NCBI GenBank assembly: GCA_038247415.1
Contig: JBBRUX010000003.1
Location: 32,001-96,000 of the forward strand
DNA from: Chitinivibrionales bacterium
GTDB lineage: Bacteria; Fibrobacterota; Chitinivibrionia; Chitinivibrionales; WJKA01
Direction of reading: 5' to 3'
DNA: 64,000 nucleotides
Shown here: positions 58,938-64,000 of the stretch, in pieces
Layout: every line of letters begins with the position of its first letter
Position numbering within the stretch: the stretch's first letter is position 1
Program-made: the position numbers and the translations under genes
The notes under the pieces: model-generated
What the model saw: only the letters and a program-made list of their open reading frames with translations
The model's database searches: none
Told to the model about the DNA's origin: nothing

Positions 58938-59666
58938 TTAATACTCCGGATTGAGCGTATCGATAAATTCCTGTTTTAATAATGAAAAGAATAATTCCTT
59001 CTCACGAGAATGGCATTCGTCAATCAATTCGAATAGACCAGAAAATGAAAACCCGGCGGTAGACTCGAAAAATGTATCTGAATCAAGCACTGACCCAGTT
59101 TTTTGAGCCCCTTGTATCGTAGCTTGGGAATTATTCGCAATCTGAATGTTAGTCAGGAATTTACCGTATTCGACTACCGACCGATAGATTCGTTGCTTAG
59201 AAGGAAGAGGTTTCTTGTCAACAATAATATCAGGCATGGTAAATGTGACGTTATCGAAAATGTCATTTTCGAAGAAATCAATGTATCGAATACCTATGCG
59301 AGTAAACTTGGAAACAATCTCGACTTTATTAAGTTTATCGAGGATGTCTTTGAGCTTAAGTAAAAATTTATCCCATCCGACATACTCGCCAACATTAGAG
59401 AGAGAAACCACTCGCGGCCCTATCCTTAAAACAAAGGATGATGACACGCCTTGATAATGTGGAGAAAATTTTAAGTTTGGGTCATGGTTGCGCAGTGGCT
59501 CAGGAACATCAGCAACAGGCAACCGTTGAAATTGCGGGTATTCGGTTTTGACTGCTGAGAAGATAATACCAAAAATGGCATCTGGCTGAATCGCGCTATC
59601 AAAGCGGAGTTCGACGACAGAGTCTATTATTGGGCAAAGAGCAATTCTTTTTGGTAAGCGCATCAT
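58938..59666 (-). CDS. TIGR04255 family protein
   Basis: PIIDSVVELRF, YVGWDKF, RIGIRYID, LDSD, KELFFSLL motifs; start could be 59684, 59666 or 59663. Confidence 0.85.
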   Translation of the reverse strand: MMRLPKRIALCPIIDSVVELRFDSAIQPDAIFGIIFSAVKTEYPQFQRLPVADVPEPLRNHDPNLKFSPHYQGVSSSFVLRIGPRVVSLSNVGEYVGWDKFLLKLKDILDKLNKVEIVSKFTRIGIRYIDFFENDIFDNVTFTMPDIIVDKKPLPSKQRIYRSVVEYGKFLTNIQIANNSQATIQGAQKTGSVLDSDTFFESTAGFSFSGLFELIDECHSREKELFFSLLKQEFIDTLNPEY

Positions 59667-59771
59667 ACTTTTAAAATATAGCATATGTTTCAGTTTAACA
59701 CTAAAACAATTTACTCGTTAAAAAAAGCCCTCAAAAATGCATTTTTTTACATTTCTGAAGGCAATAAAGAA

Positions 59772-59845
59772 TCGGGGTGACTGGATTTGAACCAGCGGCC
59801 ACTTGAACCCCATTCAAGTGCGCTACCAGACTGCGCTACACCCCG
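59772..59845 (-). tRNA. tRNA-Pro(GGG)
   Basis: Reverse complement CGGGGTGTAGCGCAGTCTGGTAGCGCA-CTTGA-ATGGGGT-TCAAG...GGTTCAAATCCAGTCACCCCGA. Confidence 0.96.
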
Positions 59846-59902
59846 AGGCTAATAAAATAATTAATTTTTTAAGCGAGCGCTATTGAATTTGAAATTATAG
59901 AG

Positions 59903-60472
59903 CTAGATTGATGATTGAATTATTGCGGCAGAATCTAGGTGCGCCATACTCATCTGGCATCCACAATAATTTTGCCGATATATGGCATATTCCTTGCAAA
60001 GCCCCAGACTTTCTAAAAAGCCATTCTTTTTTTTAAGATCAACATCGAGATACTGTATGGTATAGGCATAAGACGCTTTTGAGGCTGATGCACGAATCAT
60101 AGAAATGCTTTTATGGGGGCTTACCGATAGCACGGTTCCAAAGTGGGAAAAATTATTTTTTTTTGCATAGTCGGCAGCAGTTTCAAGGCGGAGGTCGATG
60201 CAGACCTCACAGCGTGCCCCTTTTTCTGGCTCATTTTCCAGTCCCTTAATTTTTTGAATGAAGAAGTCGGTGTTGTAATTTCCCTCTGTAAATGGTATTG
60301 AGAGCAGTTGCGCTATTCGCTGCGCTTCATCGCGCCTTTTAAGGTATTCGCTTGTGGGGAAAATGTTAGGATTGTAAAAGAAGATTGTTATATCCCAATC
60401 GCAGCGTAATCGCATGATGCCCACAATTTCGTCGGGCGCACAGCAGCTATGAAGAAGAAGTTTAGGAGACAT
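59903..60472 (-). CDS. queH: Epoxyqueuosine reductase QueH
   Basis: LLLHSCCAP, FYNPNI, EPEKGARC..C, SPHK, YRQNYCGC. Confidence 0.93.
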   Translation of the reverse strand: MSPKLLLHSCCAPDEIVGIMRLRCDWDITIFFYNPNIFPTSEYLKRRDEAQRIAQLLSIPFTEGNYNTDFFIQKIKGLENEPEKGARCEVCIDLRLETAADYAKKNNFSHFGTVLSVSPHKSISMIRASASKASYAYTIQYLDVDLKKKNGFLESLGLCKEYAIYRQNYCGCQMSMAHLDSAAIIQSSI

Positions 60473-60474
60473 GT

Positions 60475-62016
60475 TTATGCTCCAATTTTTTTGCGTTTGA
60501 TCCACAATCTAACCAGGATTGTTAGTACTGCTGCAATAATAAAGGATGTTCCTGCAAGAAGGCCTTTGAGTCCAAAAAAGAAAATACCTGCAAGCGTTCC
60601 CATAGTTGTGAGCGCAATGGCTCCGATAGCGCCAAAACGTTTAAGATAATACAAGTAGAGATAGTTGCCAAAAGCTGCCGGCCTCTCTCCAAAATAGCGC
60701 AACAGCCTAAGCCCTTCTTGGCTAAATTGACCCGAAAGCCGTTTGTGGCTTGCAAAAAGATTCATCGTATCATTCCAGCCATTTCTGGCAACATACCGTA
60801 CTAAAAGCGGGTTTGCAAAACTGGAATGCCGTTCATCGAGCATGATATCGATCATGGGGGGCAAAAGCTCGGTTTCTCCGGGCATGAGGCGATATGCTTG
60901 ATGTAAATAGGCAAATGCCCTGCTGTTGTCCCCGTGCTCCCGGTGGAAATCTGCGAGAAACCAATATTCTTCAGAACAATAAGGCTGTTCTGCTGCTATT
61001 ACTTCTTCAACAACTTTTTGCATGGAGGCGTGGTCGCCGCTGGTGCGGAGAAAATGGTAGTAGTCTCTTTTAATTTCGGCATTTTCGGGATCGAGACTTA
61101 TTGCTTTAGTAAAGAGTTCCCGGGCGGTGGTTACTTCGCCCTGTTCGGATGTTATGAGCGCCTTGACTCGATGCGCTTCTGCATCGATGGGCGAAATGTC
61201 GAGGGCTTTGTCGACGCTTGCACGTGCGTTGGGATAATCTTCTTTGTTAAGATAAATATAGGCAAGGTCTACGTGCCCCACGGGAGAATTGGGATAGCGG
61301 ATAATGGTTTGCCCGGCAAGCGCAATGGCTTCGTCGTTTTTTTCGTTTTGGCACAGGCAGTACACGAGGCGAGAAAGGCTTTTGATATCATTAGGTTTTT
61401 TAACCAGATACTCTTGATACAGAGAAACAGCAAGTTCCGGCTCTCCTGCCATAAGGTAAACATCTGCCAGATTGTCACGAGCTTCATCAAATGTTGGTCC
61501 AAGGGCAAGGGCTTTTAAAAAGCATGTTTTGGCATCTTCCAGATTGCCCAAACGAGTATACACCATCCCACCGTTGCGGTATGTTTCGGGGTTTTCGCTG
61601 CCCAGAGATACTGCTTTTTCATATGCCTCGAGGGCTTTGGGAAATTTACCGGTTTCTGCATAATACCAGATTAGGCTGGTATGCACAATTTCGTAGTTTG
61701 GATAGAGCCGCAAAGCACGAAAAAGATACCGGCCGCCTTTACGAATATTATGAAGTTGGGTATAGGAATAAAAAAGACCAAGCAAACAGTCAAGATTACC
61801 TTTGTCGAGGCTATAGCACTGCTTTAAATAATCAATTGCCGTTTCGTGTTTGTTTTCTTCTGAGGAAAGTCGTGCAAAAAGGAGATACATTTCCGATTCG
61901 TCTTTATAGGTATCTTCGTATTGAACCAGCAACTCCCGAGCTTTTTCAAAGAGACCGATATCGATAAGTTCGGTTACCGCATCTGCCAGATCAGGAAAAT
62001 CGAGCCACTCATCCAT
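60475..62016 (-). CDS. TPR-repeat protein with C-terminal TM helices
   Basis: Multiple 34-aa TPR units; hydrophobic C-terminus. Confidence 0.85.
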   Translation of the reverse strand: MDEWLDFPDLADAVTELIDIGLFEKARELLVQYEDTYKDESEMYLLFARLSSEENKHETAIDYLKQCYSLDKGNLDCLLGLFYSYTQLHNIRKGGRYLFRALRLYPNYEIVHTSLIWYYAETGKFPKALEAYEKAVSLGSENPETYRNGGMVYTRLGNLEDAKTCFLKALALGPTFDEARDNLADVYLMAGEPELAVSLYQEYLVKKPNDIKSLSRLVYCLCQNEKNDEAIALAGQTIIRYPNSPVGHVDLAYIYLNKEDYPNARASVDKALDISPIDAEAHRVKALITSEQGEVTTARELFTKAISLDPENAEIKRDYYHFLRTSGDHASMQKVVEEVIAAEQPYCSEEYWFLADFHREHGDNSRAFAYLHQAYRLMPGETELLPPMIDIMLDERHSSFANPLLVRYVARNGWNDTMNLFASHKRLSGQFSQEGLRLLRYFGERPAAFGNYLYLYYLKRFGAIGAIALTTMGTLAGIFFFGLKGLLAGTSFIIAAVLTILVRLWIKRKKIGA

Positions 62017-63172
62017 GGAATGGCTCCACTGTATTGCGCGTGCTCACAACGCAGCCTTGTACGAGGTAATATCGTGTTAGCAGTGCCGAAAGGTTGCAGA
62101 GAACCTCGTAACCAATGGTTTGGCATCTTTGGGCAAGATCATCTACACTAATAGTTTGGTTTCCATCGGTTCCAATAATCGTGGCGATATCGCCTCGTGC
62201 AATAGTTGTGTTGTCGCCAATATCAACCATAATGTAATCCATGGTTACCCGGCCAACGAGAGGGTAGCGCTTTCCCCCTATCAAAATTTCGCCATTATTG
62301 GTAAGCCGGCGCGAAAGTCCGTGTGCATAGCCCACACAAATGGTTGCGATCGTAGTGGCTTTGGGTGTTTGAAATGTTCCCCCATAGCTTATGCGCGAAC
62401 CTGCTTCTACACGGCGCACTTTAACAACAGGGGCACGCAGCGAAACAACGTGCTCAAAGGATGGAACCCATGTCTGCGCAGGATCTGGCTTGCATCCGTA
62501 AAGACCAATACCGCATCGATACGCCGTGGAAAAATGGGGGAGTGTTCGTAATGTTCCGGCAGTATTGGTGATATGTATAATCGGGGGAGTTATACCTTGT
62601 TGAGCAAATATGGCTATGGCATTTATAAAGGAACTTATTTGCTCCTTGGTTACAATTGCATCGGGTACATCTGCTGATGCGCAATGGGTATAGAGCCCCT
62701 CTAGGGTGACATGTTTCGCAGATTTACATAAAGAAGCAACGTGGGCCGATTCTGAAAATGAGATTCCAAGGCGGTTCATGCCGGTATCGATATGACAATG
62801 GGCGATGCAGGGAATCTTTTGAGATGCAAGTAATGTGATATCCGACAAGTCGTTGATGCTCAAACGGATTCCGTGTTGTGCACAAATTTCGATGTCGTCT
62901 GGATGAAATTCCCCTAGTAGGAGGATCGGTTCGGAGATGGTATAATTGCGCAGTTGAAGCGCTTCTTGTACCGTTGCTACGGCAAAAAAGCGAACTCCCT
63001 GCGCTGCAAGATGTCGCGCAACTGCGGGTGCCCCCAATCCGTAGGCGTCATCTTTTACAACTGCAATAAGGCTGTGCCCAACTCCTACGGCTGTATTCAA
63101 TAATGCGACATTTTGAGAAATTGCATCCAGAGAAATTTCGAGCCAGGGAGTAATCGAGTTGTGGTGTATCAT
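62009..63172 (-). CDS. alr: Alanine racemase
   Basis: [35 protein letters not shown]. Confidence 0.95.
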   Translation of the reverse strand: MIHHNSITPWLEISLDAISQNVALLNTAVGVGHSLIAVVKDDAYGLGAPAVARHLAAQGVRFFAVATVQEALQLRNYTISEPILLLGEFHPDDIEICAQHGIRLSINDLSDITLLASQKIPCIAHCHIDTGMNRLGISFSESAHVASLCKSAKHVTLEGLYTHCASADVPDAIVTKEQISSFINAIAIFAQQGITPPIIHITNTAGTLRTLPHFSTAYRCGIGLYGCKPDPAQTWVPSFEHVVSLRAPVVKVRRVEAGSRISYGGTFQTPKATTIATICVGYAHGLSRRLTNNGEILIGGKRYPLVGRVTMDYIMVDIGDNTTIARGDIATIIGTDGNQTISVDDLAQRCQTIGYEVLCNLSALLTRYYLVQGCVVSTRNTVEPFHG

Positions 63173-63531
63173 GTTGAAACTTTTTTTGTATGGGTAACGA
63201 TCCATTCGGTTTCGCTGCGTTGTCTAAAAAAGCACGAAAAATAGCCTTCGTGACACGCTGCGTCTTGTTGAGTTACTTTAAAGAGAATCGCATCCCCATC
63301 GCAGTCGATATGAACGCTCTTGACAGTTTGAAAATGCCCAGAAGTATCTCCTTTGCGCCATCTCGATTTACGACTGCGGCTGAAATAGACCATAGTGCCT
63401 GTTTCAAGCGTCTCAGCAAGCGTTTGTCGGTTCATATACGCAAGCATGAGCACTTCTCCGGTGAGCGCATCTTGGGCTATTGCGGATACAAGGCCGATGT
63501 CATCAAATTTTACGCTGTCAAGAATATCCAT
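63169..63531 (-). CDS. hisI: Phosphoribosyl-AMP cyclohydrolase
   Basis: [36 protein letters not shown]. Confidence 0.96.
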   Translation of the reverse strand: MDILDSVKFDDIGLVSAIAQDALTGEVLMLAYMNRQTLAETLETGTMVYFSRSRKSRWRKGDTSGHFQTVKSVHIDCDGDAILFKVTQQDAACHEGYFSCFFRQRSETEWIVTHTKKVST

Positions 63532-63554
63532 GACGTATCCTGAATAAAGAAGTG

Positions 63555-64000
63555 TTAGATTCTAATCTGCCCATTGCCTTTGACAATCCATTTATATGTC
63601 GTGAGTTCCGAAATTCCCATTGGACCCCTGGCGTGCAATTTGTCGGTTGATATTCCGATTTCGCAACCCATGCCGTATTCTCCACCATCTGCAAAGCGAG
63701 TGGATGCATTAATCATGACCGATGCACTATCAACAGTACTCAGAAAGGCCGTTTGTTCGGTTTTGTTTTCGGATACTATCGCATCGGTGTGATGTGAACC
63801 ATACGTATTGATATGATCGATGGCTTGTGCTATATCGTCAACAATACGAATCGCGCAGCGCAAGTCGAGATACTCGGCGTACCAGTCGGCCTTCGTTGCT
63901 TTCTTGATTGCTGGGCTCAATTGCTGGCACTGTGTATCTCCATACAAAATAACATTATTTTCGAGAAGCGCATCGATTATTGCTTTTTTGTTTGATCGAG
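63555..64000 (-). CDS. proA: Gamma-glutamyl phosphate reductase, 3' part (runs off the window)
   Basis: [45 protein letters not shown]. Confidence 0.95.
   Translation of the reverse strand, partial: RSNKKAIIDALLENNVILYGDTQCQQLSPAIKKATKADWYAEYLDLRCAIRIVDDIAQAIDHINTYGSHHTDAIVSENKTEQTAFLSTVDSASVMINASTRFADGGEYGMGCEIGISTDKLHARGPMGISELTTYKWIVKGNGQIRI

Larger units (their letters stand above)
57835..59819. mobile_element. tRNA-Pro-integrated genomic islet without integrase
   Basis: Flanked by a 54-bp duplication of the tRNA 3' end; contains only a three-gene operon. Confidence 0.85.

Overview
This is a bacterial chromosomal window, mostly housekeeping: purA, leuCD-ilvBN, purC, hrpA, recD2, mtnA, queH, alr, hisI, a partial proA, several signalling genes and five tRNAs (Glu-CTC, Gln-CTG, Arg-CCG, Phe-GAA, Pro-GGG). 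Secreted proteins with T9SS-like C-terminal domains, partner-switching STAS proteins and a bS22 gene suggest an FCB-group organism, plausibly Fibrobacterota; this is inference only. Four accessory signals stand out. (1) A family of intergenic structured elements occurs as three covarying copies at two loci (3.8-4.1 kb and 46.4-46.9 kb), with a shared 28-nt terminal module and an 11-bp tandem repeat. (2) A 1.9-kb integrase-less islet sits at tRNA-Pro, bounded by a 54-bp att duplication, and carries only a TIGR04255-type three-gene operon whose last gene is frameshifted; it is a candidate toxin-antitoxin-chaperone-like or defence module. (3) Two sigma-54 promoters are visible: one precedes a cohesin-dockerin-CTD gene, the other a four-gene envelope/two-component operon with a palindromic enhancer. 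(4) Several genes are damaged or hidden: an ORF6N pseudogene, a radical SAM gene apparently lacking most of its B12 domain, a STAS-PEGA gene with no canonical in-frame start, and a 29-aa bS22 missed by the ORF track. All family assignments come from motif recognition by eye; no searches were run.
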